Assembly (NCBI GenBank): GCA_015493575.1
Contig: WGCX01000320.1
Span: 1-45,828 of the forward strand
Length of the DNA: 45,828 nucleotides
Source of the DNA: Desulfobacteraceae bacterium
Lineage (GTDB): Bacteria > Desulfobacterota > Desulfobacteria > Desulfobacterales > Desulfobacteraceae
Direction: 5' to 3'
The position numbers and the translations under genes were made by a program. Positions within the stretch are counted from its first letter, which is position 1. Each line of letters starts with the position of its first letter. The notes under the pieces are model-generated. The model worked only from the letters and a program-made list of their open reading frames with translations. It did no database searches and was not told where the DNA came from. This document shows, one piece after another, positions 34,499 through 43,716 of the stretch.

Positions 34499-35085
34499 TA
34501 TGTTTTTCCGATGAAAGTATCAATTTCATTCCATATTATATCCCTTCCAAGTTTTGATTTTGCTGAAAAAAGGATAACACTGTCTTTTGTTACACCAAGA
34601 TCCTCTGAAATAAGTTCCAGCCTTTTATGGCGCTTCTGCTTCGAAAATTTATCTGCTTTTGTCAGAACGGCAAGCCAGGGGATACGGCTGCTTTCCAGCC
34701 ATTGGATGAGGTTAAGTTCCTCACTGCCCGGGTGTCTTCTGATATCCATTAAAACTACTACCCCCACGAGACTGTTTCTGCAGGACAGGTAATTTTTTAT
34801 CATGGGACTCCACTGTGCCCGGATTTTTTTTGAAACCTTTGCATACCCATACCCGGGAAGATCCACAAAGGAGAGCTCATCATTTATTTTAAAGAAATTG
34901 ATCAATTGGGTACATCCGGGTTTTGAACTTGTTTTTACAAGGTTTTTCCTGTTGATCAAAGTATTTATAAGGGATGATTTTCCTACGTTTGACCTGCCTG
35001 CAAAGGCAATCTCCGGATAATTTCCTTCTGGATACTGGGAAGGTTTAACAGCACTTTTTACAAATTCAGTTTGTTTGATAATCAT
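34498..35085 (-). CDS. engB: Ribosome-biogenesis GTPase EngB/YihA
   Basis: GRSNVGKSSLIN, DLPGYGYA, TKADK. Confidence 0.9.
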   Translation of the reverse strand: MIIKQTEFVKSAVKPSQYPEGNYPEIAFAGRSNVGKSSLINTLINRKNLVKTSSKPGCTQLINFFKINDELSFVDLPGYGYAKVSKKIRAQWSPMIKNYLSCRNSLVGVVVLMDIRRHPGSEELNLIQWLESSRIPWLAVLTKADKFSKQKRHKRLELISEDLGVTKDSVILFSAKSKLGRDIIWNEIDTFIGKT

Positions 35086-35094
35086 ATATGATAT

Positions 35095-35136
35095 CTGTTG
35101 TTTTATTGTTCTGTTTTATTGTTCTGTTTTATTGTT
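35095..35136 (+). repeat. Tandem repeat CTGTTTTATTGTT x3 (first copy imperfect)
   Basis: Read directly. Lies 10 nt upstream of the engB start, in the 61-nt gap after the aminotransferase gene. Confidence 0.8.
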
Positions 35137-35146
35137 CTGGCCATGA

Positions 35147-36325
35147 TCATTGTCCGGTAAAGTAATTTTCCAGACGGTCAAGGCCTTTTTCAAGGTTTTC
35201 CATGGAATTTGCATAGGAAAATCTCAAATAGCCTTCCCCGTTAATGCCAAAATCAATTCCAGGCGTTACACCTACATGGGCTTTTTCGAGTATATCCAGG
35301 GCAAGTGAATAGGAATCCGCAGATATATGTTTTACATTGGCAAAAATATAAAAAGCACCGGTGGGTTCAACGCTGATGCCAAGTCCCATTTGTTTAAGTC
35401 TTTTTATCATGTATTTTCTGCGTTTATTGTATATTTTTCTCATTTCACGGGTTTCTTTTTCAGCACACTTCAGGGCTGCAGTTCCGGCAGCCTGTATCAC
35501 TGAATTGGCTGAAATGAAAAAATTCTGCTGCAATATCTGAAGAGGGCGCATAAATTCTTCCGGGGCAATGAGATAACCAAGCCTTAAGCCCGTCATTGCA
35601 AAAAGTTTTGAGAATCCGTTTAATACAAAAGCACTATCTGTACATTCAAGGATTGAATGCTCTTTTCCTTCATAAACAAGGCCATGGTAAATTTCATCGG
35701 ATATTATGTAAATATCATTGGATACGGCAATATCTGAAATTTCCTTCATCCTCTCTTTTGACATGAGGTTTCCCGTTGGATTGGAAGGAGAATTAATAAG
35801 GATTGCCTTTGTTTTGTCTGTAATTTTTTCCTTGATTGCCCTGGGTGTAAACTGGAAGCCATTTTCTTCACAAACCGGTATATTAACAGGAATTCCATTG
35901 GAAAATTTAATGAAACTCGGATAACATGCATAATGTGGATCTGAAATAATAATTTCATCACTGGGATTTACAAGGGCTGAAAAAAGAAGGAGCATTGCAG
36001 GAGAAGTACCGGAACTTACAAGTACCTGTCCGGGATTCACATCAACATTATAATTTTTTTTATAATATTCTGAAATGGCATTTCTCAGTCTGATATCACC
36101 AAGACTATGGGTGTAATCGGTATTATGAGTGTCAAAAGCTTCGTCAACTGACAGTTTTACACATTCAGGCGGGTTGAAATCAGGCTCACCGATTTCCATA
36201 TGAACCACATCAAGTCCCGCAGCTTCCATTTCATAAATTTTTTCCATAATCTCCATTACAATAAAAGGAGTTATTTCTTCCGTTCTTTTCGCAATTTTGT
36301 CTGATTTCATGAAATCCTTCTTCAT
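35147..36325 (-). CDS. Class I/II PLP-dependent aminotransferase (AspC-like)
   Basis: 392 aa. NPSNPTG and the PLP-lysine block NGFSKLFAMTGLRLGY. Confidence 0.85.
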   Translation of the reverse strand: MKKDFMKSDKIAKRTEEITPFIVMEIMEKIYEMEAAGLDVVHMEIGEPDFNPPECVKLSVDEAFDTHNTDYTHSLGDIRLRNAISEYYKKNYNVDVNPGQVLVSSGTSPAMLLLFSALVNPSDEIIISDPHYACYPSFIKFSNGIPVNIPVCEENGFQFTPRAIKEKITDKTKAILINSPSNPTGNLMSKERMKEISDIAVSNDIYIISDEIYHGLVYEGKEHSILECTDSAFVLNGFSKLFAMTGLRLGYLIAPEEFMRPLQILQQNFFISANSVIQAAGTAALKCAEKETREMRKIYNKRRKYMIKRLKQMGLGISVEPTGAFYIFANVKHISADSYSLALDILEKAHVGVTPGIDFGINGEGYLRFSYANSMENLEKGLDRLENYFTGQ

Positions 36326-36340
36326 TACCTGCAGTGCTTT

Positions 36341-36370
36341 TTAAAATTATCGATCCTTAGTGTTTTAAAT
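36341..36370 (+). repeat. Family-3 repeat variant (TTAAAATTATCGATCCTTAGTGTTTTAAAT)
   Basis: Intergenic between hisG and the aminotransferase gene. Confidence 0.45.
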
Positions 36371-36384
36371 CAGTTTCAGTTTTT

Positions 36385-37260
36385 CTATAATACTTTATTT
36401 AAAGGATATTCAATGATTCCCTCTGCTCCTTCCTTTATCAGTACAGGAATAAGATCCCTTACAACACTTGAATCCACAATGGTTTCAACGGAAAACCAGT
36501 CAGACTGGTAAAGGGGTGCAATTGTAGGGGCATTTAAACTGGGCAGCAGTTTAACTATTTTTTCTATGATTAACTCACTGACATTCATTTTCAGGCCAAC
36601 AAGTTTTCCCGCCAAAAGGGCGCCTTTGAGAAGAAGGGCAATCTGCTGTATTTTTTCCTTTTTTGCAGGATTTTCCCATGCTTTTTTATTGGCAATAAGT
36701 TGTGTGTTGGTCTGCATTATTTCATGGATAACTTTAAGATTATGGGCACGTATGGTACTTTCGGTTTCTGTGATCTCAACAATGGCGTCTGCCAGACCTG
36801 CAGCAATTTTAGCTTCAGTGGCACCCCAGGAAAATTTGACTGTTACTTCAATATTACGTTCCTTAAAAAAACGTTTTGTATATCTTACAAGTTCAGTGGA
36901 AATTGTCTTCCCGTTAAGATCCTCAAGACAGTTAATGGAAGAATCCCCGGCAACTGCAATCACCCATCTTGCCGGACGTGCACTTACCTTGGAGTAAACA
37001 AGGTCGGAAACAACATGAACATCGGACTGATATTCTGCGATCCAGTCCCTGCCTGTTAATCCTGCATCTATTACTCCGCTTTCCACATTGATGGCCATTT
37101 CCTGGGCACGGCAAAGGGCACAGGAAATGGAATCATCATTTATATCCGGAAAATAGCTCCTGCCGTTTACATTTATGTTCCATCCTGAACGTTTAAAAAG
37201 TTCAATGGTGGAATCCTGAAGACTGCCTTTAGGAATTCCAAGTTTAATTGTTTTCTGCAT
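36385..37260 (-). CDS. hisG: ATP phosphoribosyltransferase (long form)
   Basis: 291 aa. LGIPKGSL ... GRSY ... DAGLTGRDW, and a C-terminal regulatory domain. Confidence 0.9.
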   Translation of the reverse strand: MQKTIKLGIPKGSLQDSTIELFKRSGWNINVNGRSYFPDINDDSISCALCRAQEMAINVESGVIDAGLTGRDWIAEYQSDVHVVSDLVYSKVSARPARWVIAVAGDSSINCLEDLNGKTISTELVRYTKRFFKERNIEVTVKFSWGATEAKIAAGLADAIVEITETESTIRAHNLKVIHEIMQTNTQLIANKKAWENPAKKEKIQQIALLLKGALLAGKLVGLKMNVSELIIEKIVKLLPSLNAPTIAPLYQSDWFSVETIVDSSVVRDLIPVLIKEGAEGIIEYPLNKVL

Positions 37261-37417
37261 TATATTATACCTTTGTGATTGGTTGGATTTTTATTTTAAT
37301 TTAATATGAAACACCTGTAAAATTTTTTTCAAAGTAAGCGTCAGCTGCACGCCTTTGGCCCATTTTTGTCAGAATCTTTGATTCCCAGGGGGCAGTCTGA
37401 GAGTTCCAAGCCAGGTC

Positions 37418-37804
37418 TCATGGCTGTTTATATACTTTTTCAGGATCAAAGATCCTTTTTTCCACAATCCCGGCCACACCATTCTTGTCCAGTTTTCTGA
37501 AAAAACAGCTTTCATAACCAAGGTGACAGGCTGCCCCACCTTTTTGTTCAACTTTTAAAAGCACGGTATCATTATCGCAGTCTATTCTGATCTCCCTGAT
37601 CAATTGAAGGTTGCCTGAAGTTTCTCCTTTTTTCCACAATGTCTGTCTTGATCTGCTGAAATACGTCGCCATACCTGATTTCAGGGTTTCTTTCCAGGAT
37701 TCTTCATTCATATAGGCAAGCATGAGCACTTTTCCCGTTGCATAGTCCTGGGCAATTGCAGGTACAAGTCCGCCTGTTTTTGTAAAATCAGGTTCTGTAA
37801 TCAT
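37418..37804 (-). CDS. hisI: Phosphoribosyl-AMP cyclohydrolase
   Basis: 128 aa. LVPAIAQD ... VLMLAYMN ... [18 protein letters not shown] ... DCD ... C. Confidence 0.9.
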   Translation of the reverse strand: MITEPDFTKTGGLVPAIAQDYATGKVLMLAYMNEESWKETLKSGMATYFSRSRQTLWKKGETSGNLQLIREIRIDCDNDTVLLKVEQKGGAACHLGYESCFFRKLDKNGVAGIVEKRIFDPEKVYKQP

Positions 37805-37997
37805 AAAATCTCCTTGTAAAATACGATTAATAAAATTTTATTATTTAACTTTAATTACACCTCATGTCAATGTGTTTCTATTTTCCTGCTGGCGGGGAAC
37901 CGGGACTTTGTATCCATGGGTGATATCAGGAACAATATACCTGGCAAGTTTCTTGCTTTGTTATGAGTTTTCTGATACAAAGTTTTTTATATTTTTT

Positions 37998-38020
37998 TAT
38001 AAACTTTTTGATCCTAAGTT
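37998..38020 (+). repeat. Family-3 repeat variant (TTATAAACTTTTTGATCCTAAGTT)
   Basis: Lies 24 nt upstream of the PBP1A start. Confidence 0.4.
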
Positions 38021-38043
38021 CCGGTACAGGCAGACAGGGCGTG

Positions 38044-40452
38044 ATGACAAAACAAAAAACAAAATCCCAGATTTTAAAAAAAAGGGGCAAAAAAAAGAAA
38101 ACATCTATTTTTCTGTCAATTTTTAAGTGGATTATAATCCTTGGTGCAGCAGGTGTTATGCTTTTAGCAGCAGGGGGTTATGGACTGTATTCTTATATAA
38201 GCCATGACCTTCCGAGAATTACATCCTTAAATGATTACAAGCCTGCATGTGTTACAAATGTTTATTCCGATGACGGCAGGAAAATTGGAGAATTCTACAA
38301 GGAAAGAAGAATTGTCATTCCCTTGTCAGAAATGCCTGATAACTTAAAGAATGCCTTTATATCTGCAGAAGATTCCAGGTTCAGAGAGCACATGGGAATC
38401 GATTTCGTAAGTATTTTAAGGGCATTTGTAAAAAATGTCAAAGCCGGGGAAATCGTTCAGGGTGGAAGTACAATTACCCAGCAGGTTGCCAAGTCATTTT
38501 TTTTAAGCCCTGAACGAAAATATAAAAGGAAATTAAAAGAGGCAATTCTTGCCTACCGAATTGATAAAAAACTTTCCAAAGATGAAATTCTATACCTTTA
38601 TTTGAATCAGATTTATCTTGGACATGGAGCTTATGGTGTGGAATCAGCTTCGGAGAATTATTTCGGTAAACATGCAAAGGACTTAAATCTTGCAGAATGT
38701 TCCATGCTTGCAGGACTTCCCCAGGCTCCCTCAAGGTATTCTCCATTTAAACACCCGGATCTTGCTAAGCAGAGGCAGATATACGTTCTCAATAGAATGA
38801 GACAGGACGGGTATATAACAAATATAGAGGCAACACATGCAATTAATACAAAACTTGATATAAAACCCAGGAAAAACTGGTTTATAGAGAAAGTTCCCTG
38901 CTATACTGAATATGTGAGGAGATATATTGAAAAAAAATATGGGAAAGAGGCTCTTTACACACAGGGACTTAAAATTTATACAGCTGTGAATATCGAATTA
39001 CAGAAAATAGCGAGACAAGAGGTTAAGAAAGGCTTAAGGGATCTGGACAGACGTCAGGGATACAGAGGAGCGTTGGGACATATTCTGCCATCTGAAATTG
39101 ATGATGAAAGCAGAAAAATATCTGATCAGATCGGGAATGTCCCCCTGGAACCAGGTAATATTTATAAAGGTATTGTCGTTAAAATTGACGATGTTACAAA
39201 AAATACCCTGGTCAGGGTCGGCAGCGCTACCGGTGTTATTCCGGTGGCTGATATTTCATGGGCAAGAAAACCTGACATTGAAACGGCATATTGGGAAAAA
39301 AAGGTTCGTTCTCCTGGAAAGGTTTTTAAAACAGGCGATATCATCAAGGTTAGGGCGGTAAAAAAAGATCAGATTAAAAATAACTGGCTTTTTTCCCTTG
39401 AACAGGCCCCCCTTGTCCAGGCGGCACTTTTAAGTATTGATGCTGAGACAGGAGAGGTCAAAGCCATGATAGGCGGCAGGGATTACAGGAACAGTCAGTT
39501 CAACCGTGCAATTCAGTCAAGACGACAGCCTGGAAGCGCATTTAAACCTGTTATCTATTCTGCTGCACTTGACAAGGGATATACTGCAGCAACGGTTATT
39601 ATTGATTCCCCGGTTGTTTTTAAGGACACTAAACGGAATTTTATATGGAAGCCTCACAATTATAAAGAAAAATTTTATGGCCCTACACTTTTCAGGGATG
39701 CGCTCGTTGAATCGCGTAATGTTGTTACAATTAAAATACTTCAGGATATTGGAATAGATTATGTGATAAATTACGCAAGAAAACTTGGCATAAATTCCAA
39801 TATAAACAGAGATCTTTCCATATCTCTTGGTTCTTCCGGAGTGTCCCTTCTTGAACTTACAAAAGCATATTCTGTTTTTTCCAATCTTGGATATAGAATT
39901 GAACCTGTATTTATAACAAAAATATTGGACAGGAACGGTAATGTACTGGAGAAATCCGAGATAAAAAGACAGAAGGTTATAGATATGTCCACTGCCTATA
40001 TAATGACAAATATTCTTGAAAGTGTTGTGAAATCAGGAACCGGGTGGAGGGTTAGAGCTCTTAAAAGACCTGCCGCCGGAAAAACAGGCACAACAAATAA
40101 TCTCAATGATGCCTGGTTTCTGGGTTATACGCCAAGGTATACCACCGGGGTCTGGGTGGGTTATGACAATGAAAAATCCCTTGGTAAAGGAGAAACCGGT
40201 TCAAGGGCTGCAAGCCCCATCTGGCTCGGCTATATGAAAAAAGCACTTGACGGTAAACCCATAAGAACATTTAACGTTCCCGAAGGCATAGTGTTTGCGA
40301 AAATTGATGCTGAAACAGGGCTCCTCCCTGGCAAATCTACAAAGAAAATCAGATTTGAATGCTTTAAAGAGGGTACGGTCCCAACCATGCATACACCAGG
40401 GCCTGACATAGATGCAGGCAGGCCGGAAGAGCTTTTTAAATCAGGTATATAA
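38044..40452 (+). CDS. mrcA: Penicillin-binding protein 1A (bifunctional glycosyltransferase/transpeptidase)
   Basis: EDSRF and GGSTITQQ glycosyltransferase motifs. SAFKP, SRN and KTGTT transpeptidase motifs. I trimmed the start to MTKQKTK (38044). Confidence 0.9.
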   Translation: MTKQKTKSQILKKRGKKKKTSIFLSIFKWIIILGAAGVMLLAAGGYGLYSYISHDLPRITSLNDYKPACVTNVYSDDGRKIGEFYKERRIVIPLSEMPDNLKNAFISAEDSRFREHMGIDFVSILRAFVKNVKAGEIVQGGSTITQQVAKSFFLSPERKYKRKLKEAILAYRIDKKLSKDEILYLYLNQIYLGHGAYGVESASENYFGKHAKDLNLAECSMLAGLPQAPSRYSPFKHPDLAKQRQIYVLNRMRQDGYITNIEATHAINTKLDIKPRKNWFIEKVPCYTEYVRRYIEKKYGKEALYTQGLKIYTAVNIELQKIARQEVKKGLRDLDRRQGYRGALGHILPSEIDDESRKISDQIGNVPLEPGNIYKGIVVKIDDVTKNTLVRVGSATGVIPVADISWARKPDIETAYWEKKVRSPGKVFKTGDIIKVRAVKKDQIKNNWLFSLEQAPLVQAALLSIDAETGEVKAMIGGRDYRNSQFNRAIQSRRQPGSAFKPVIYSAALDKGYTAATVIIDSPVVFKDTKRNFIWKPHNYKEKFYGPTLFRDALVESRNVVTIKILQDIGIDYVINYARKLGINSNINRDLSISLGSSGVSLLELTKAYSVFSNLGYRIEPVFITKILDRNGNVLEKSEIKRQKVIDMSTAYIMTNILESVVKSGTGWRVRALKRPAAGKTGTTNNLNDAWFLGYTPRYTTGVWVGYDNEKSLGKGETGSRAASPIWLGYMKKALDGKPIRTFNVPEGIVFAKIDAETGLLPGKSTKKIRFECFKEGTVPTMHTPGPDIDAGRPEELFKSGI

Positions 40453-40468
40453 CCGTCATGGGGCGGAG
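40446..40468 (-). repeat. Family-1 core hairpin (TATATAACCGTC-ATGG-GGCGGAG)
   Basis: Spans the PBP1A stop and tatD RBS gap. The stem has a T-G pair, which is a U-G wobble on the transcribed + strand. Confidence 0.5.
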
Positions 40469-40477
40469 AAGGGAAAA

Positions 40478-41281
40478 ATGAAATTATTTGACAGCCATTG
40501 CCATATCAATGACAAGTGCTTTAAAGAAGATTATGATGAGGTTCTGAACAGTGCATATGATGCAGATGTAAGAGCTATGATGATTGTGGGTGTTGATGTT
40601 GAAAGCTCCGGACGGGCTGTGGAGCTTGCAGAAAAACACGATGAACTTTTTGCGTCAGTGGGCGTTCACCCCCATGATTCAAAGTCCTGTTCCATGGAAA
40701 AACTTGACATCCTTAAAAAAATGACTAAAAATAGTAAAGTAAAAGCATGGGGAGAAACAGGGCTTGATTTCAACAGAATGCACTCTCCTGCAGATGATCA
40801 GGAAAAATGGCTGGAACGTCAGCTGGATGCTGCTGAAGAATTGGACCTGCCAGTTATATTTCATGAAAGGGAATCAAACGGCAGGCTTGTGGAGATCCTT
40901 AAATCAAGGCAAAAAGGAAATTTAAGGGGGGTCATACATTGCTTCAGCGGAACGAAAAAGGAGTTGCATTCCTATCTTGATCTTGGGTATTATATTGGAA
41001 TAACAGGAATTGTCACTATACAGAAAAGAGGAGCATTTTTAAGGGAAATTGTTCCTTTGATTCCTGAAAACAGGATTCTCATTGAAACAGATGCACCATA
41101 CCTGACTCCTGCTCCAAAGAAGAATAAAACAAGAAGGAATGAACCTGGATTTGTAAGATTTGTTTTTTTAAAGCTTGCTGAAATAACAGGCAATAATCCT
41201 GAAATGTTTGCAGATCAGATCTGGGAGAATACCTGTAACTTGTTTAATGTCCCGTTTACAAAAGGAGAAATAGGAAAATGA
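40478..41281 (+). CDS. tatD: TatD family metal-dependent hydrolase/DNase
   Basis: MKLFDSHCHIND, GVHPH, GETGLDF, VIFHERES, HCFSG, ETDAPYL. I trimmed the start to the ATG at 40478, which has a GGAGAAGGG RBS. Confidence 0.9.
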   Translation: MKLFDSHCHINDKCFKEDYDEVLNSAYDADVRAMMIVGVDVESSGRAVELAEKHDELFASVGVHPHDSKSCSMEKLDILKKMTKNSKVKAWGETGLDFNRMHSPADDQEKWLERQLDAAEELDLPVIFHERESNGRLVEILKSRQKGNLRGVIHCFSGTKKELHSYLDLGYYIGITGIVTIQKRGAFLREIVPLIPENRILIETDAPYLTPAPKKNKTRRNEPGFVRFVFLKLAEITGNNPEMFADQIWENTCNLFNVPFTKGEIGK

Positions 41282-41919
41282 AAAAATATTATAAAATTAT
41301 TATTGCAGGAGTGCTTGCTATTTTTATTGCATCATGTGCAGGAACAACCAACACTGAAATAAAAACAAAGGAAGGTGCTCTTGTGGGGGCCGGAGTCGGG
41401 GCCATACTGGGGCAGGCAATAGGGCATAACAGGCAGAGTACCCTTGTGGGTGCCGGCATAGGGGCTGCACTGGGAGGTTTGGGTGGCAGCCAGGTGGGAG
41501 CTTACATGGACAGGCAGCAAGCGGCATTAAACAATGCAGTGGCAGCCTCGGATGCCGCAAGCATAAGAAGATCCCAGGATGTTCTTACCGCAACATTTAA
41601 ATCGGATTTCCTTTTTAATTTTAATTCCTTTACGCTTAAAGCAGGTGCATATCCTGAATTGGACAGGGTGTCCCGTATCTTAAATCAGTATCCTCAAACC
41701 AGAATACGCGTTGAAGGGCATACGGATTCAAGAGGCTCTGCCGAGTATAACATGAAATTGTCACAAAGAAGGGCTGAGGCTGTTGCTAACGCTTTAATCC
41801 AGAGAGGCGTTGACCCTGTCAGAATTACAACAATAGGTTTTGGCGAATCCCAGCCTGTATCATCAAATGCTGCAGAAAACAGGCGTGTTGAAATAAAAAT
41901 AATGCCCATTAGAAGTTGA
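41278..41919 (+). CDS. OmpA-family lipoprotein with glycine-zipper region
   Basis: Lipobox AIFIASC|AG, glycine-zipper GAGVGAILGQAIG, and a C-terminal OmpA_C region (GHTDSRGSAEYNMKLSQRRAEAV ... NRRVEI). Confidence 0.85.
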   Translation: MKKYYKIIIAGVLAIFIASCAGTTNTEIKTKEGALVGAGVGAILGQAIGHNRQSTLVGAGIGAALGGLGGSQVGAYMDRQQAALNNAVAASDAASIRRSQDVLTATFKSDFLFNFNSFTLKAGAYPELDRVSRILNQYPQTRIRVEGHTDSRGSAEYNMKLSQRRAEAVANALIQRGVDPVRITTIGFGESQPVSSNAAENRRVEIKIMPIRS

Positions 41920-42083
41920 TGTGTAGCCTTAGACTATGTGGTTTCCCGGAGGTTTTTTTATAAGAAACTCCTGCTAAGTTCCTTCTTCCCATGTACAAGG
42001 CGCATTAAAGGTTGCATGCTCCACGTATTCGGCCTTTGATGCAACGAAGTATATGGGATAGCGGACAAGCAATTTCGTTTAAC

Positions 42084-42124
42084 TTATAAAATTTTCGATC
42101 CTAAGTGTTTGATGTGGATTATTG
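42084..42124 (+). repeat. Family-3 repeat, long version
   Basis: TTATAAAATTTTCGATCCTAAGTGTTTGATGTGGATTATTG aligns with 25858-25899. Confidence 0.6.
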
Positions 42125-42187
42125 ACTTAAAAAAAGTTCAAAAAAAACCTTGATTTTCTCTTGGTGCTCTATCCTTATTCGCTGGGC

Positions 42188-42871
42188 TCATCTACTTGCA
42201 AACCAATCTCTATAATCAAGTATAATCCGGAAGTTTGTTGATTTTTCATCTAAGGCCTCAATATCACAGAGAGGGGAATAATATACTTTCCTGCCATATC
42301 TGAGTTTGACAATAACACCATATAGATCATCATATCCCTCAATGTTATGAACCCTAATCTTATCTCCCTGCTGCAATACACCTTTAGTTTGGTATTCTGA
42401 GATTTCAGCCTCAAATGGGAAAGACAGAGATTCAATTAGATATTTTTCCCATGCCTCAAGTGCTGCCAAATCATCATATGGATTAATATGATCTAAAACG
42501 TTGCTTATTCTTTTGCCTGAATCCCCTAAATAATCCCAGCGATGTTTTTCCTGAATTTTTTGGCGTTTTTCACTTAAATCATTTCCGCCATTACGGGGGA
42601 CAACAAGTTCAACTGCCTCTGTTTCTAAATAAATTCTATCCCAGTCTAAGCCCTCTTCTTCACATTGAGAAATATATTTATCTGGAAAGGTGGAAAGGGT
42701 TGTACTGTCCCAAGCTATGCAAATATAATCATTATCAATTTCTTTAATCTGACCTTGCCAACCGCCAATGTCCATTCCAAAATCAGGATCTGATGTGCCA
42801 TCTTTAACCTTGACAGAGTCTCCAATCCGAAATTTGCTTTTTTTGTTTTGAGTCATATGATCTCGTACCAT
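42188..42871 (-). CDS. Hypothetical protein with C-terminal CcbP-like (cyanobacterial Ca-binding protein family) domain
   Basis: 227 aa. The C-terminal LEAWEKYLIESLSFPFEAEI ... GDKIRV ... YGVIVKL ... PLCDIEALDE ... YRDWF follows the CcbP pattern as I remember it. The start may be M6 at 42856. Confidence 0.45.
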   Translation of the reverse strand: MVRDHMTQNKKSKFRIGDSVKVKDGTSDPDFGMDIGGWQGQIKEIDNDYICIAWDSTTLSTFPDKYISQCEEEGLDWDRIYLETEAVELVVPRNGGNDLSEKRQKIQEKHRWDYLGDSGKRISNVLDHINPYDDLAALEAWEKYLIESLSFPFEAEISEYQTKGVLQQGDKIRVHNIEGYDDLYGVIVKLRYGRKVYYSPLCDIEALDEKSTNFRIILDYRDWFASR

Positions 42872-43008
42872 TTTAATCCGGCCAAACGCCCCAAATCAGC
42901 GGTGCGGGCGTTCAACCCGCATCCTCTGCATCTCGCTGGCTGGGTGTTTTTATTTATTTTTCAATCTTTGTTGAAACTCCATTGCCCTTTTACTTATCTC
43001 CTCGCCGC

Positions 43009-43155
43009 TCATTCGTTAAAGAGATTCTCTCTCCATTTTGTGTAATCAAATTTTTCTCTTTGAATAAGGGCAATAAACCTTTCAGCTTCAACCATTCCGA
43101 GATGGTTACTTAATAATTCAAAACCAGCCATTTTTATTTCAGTGTTTGTTCTCAT
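43009..43155 (-). CDS. Small 48-aa protein, likely cognate partner (antitoxin-like) of the PIN gene
   Basis: Below the track cutoff. The ORF is MRTNTEIKMAGFELLSNHLGMVEAERFIALIQREKFDYTKWRENLFNE. Its ATG overlaps the inferred native PIN stop (ATGA). The ERFI ... FDYT.WR motif recalls small partners of PIN/TA loci. Confidence 0.45.
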   Translation of the reverse strand: MRTNTEIKMAGFELLSNHLGMVEAERFIALIQREKFDYTKWRENLFNE

Positions 43156-43670
43156 TGGTTAGCCTCCCATTCAAGTATAAAATCTATAGGATTCATTATT
43201 TTTATTCCAGAGTAGTTTGCAGTTTTTTTAGAATTCCTTTATCTACCGTTAAAAAATATTGACATTGTAATGAAACAGCGCATGCAATGTGCAAAGCATC
43301 CAAGGCGGGCGATGCCCGCAACCCATTTGCTTTTCCTCAATTTCCTGCTTTTTGTAACAGGAATTGAGGAGTAAGGTACTAAAGGTCTCAAACCGATATC
43401 TGTCAGGTCGTTCATTTTTAATAGAATCTCGCTTGTTTCGCCAACAAATGAATCAGCTATTTCTTTCCATTTTTGAATTTCTATTCGTCTTTCTATGAAA
43501 GGATTTGCATCATTCTCAAAATCAAGAATATAAGGCCAGCCCAAAGAAAGACGACCGGACTTAATTTTTTCTTGAATATCCAGCTTTACCTCAGTTTCAA
43601 GTCTTATGGTTAAGTATGATTGATCATCAAAAGGTCTATTAAAAGAACAATTATCAAGATATATTTTCAT
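43152..43670 (-). pseudogene. PIN-domain toxin gene disrupted by a family-2 element insertion, plus a 1-nt frameshift in an A-run
   Basis: The 5' part (MKIYLDNCSFNRPFDDQ ... TDIGLRP) is in frame to 43383. The 3' part (LDALHIACAVSLQCQYFLTVDKGILKK ...) resumes at 43303 in another frame. Removing 79 nt (43302-43380) joins them as GLRP-LDALHIACA. Confidence 0.7.
43304..43380 (+). mobile_element. Family-2 element inserted in the PIN gene (77 nt, AA duplication)
   Basis: GGCGGGCGATGCCCGC ... GAATTGAGGAGTAAGGTACT flanked by AA/AA. The reconstructed empty site has a single AA. Confidence 0.7.
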
Positions 43671-43716
43671 TACATTGCCTCTTTAAATCAATTCATATTT
43701 GGAATGGAGACATATT

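Noticed and set aside
35095-35136. Tandem repeats here and at 1531-1570, considered as a CRISPR array
   Set aside because: The units are 10-13 nt and contiguous, with no spacers. There are only 3-4 copies and no cas genes.
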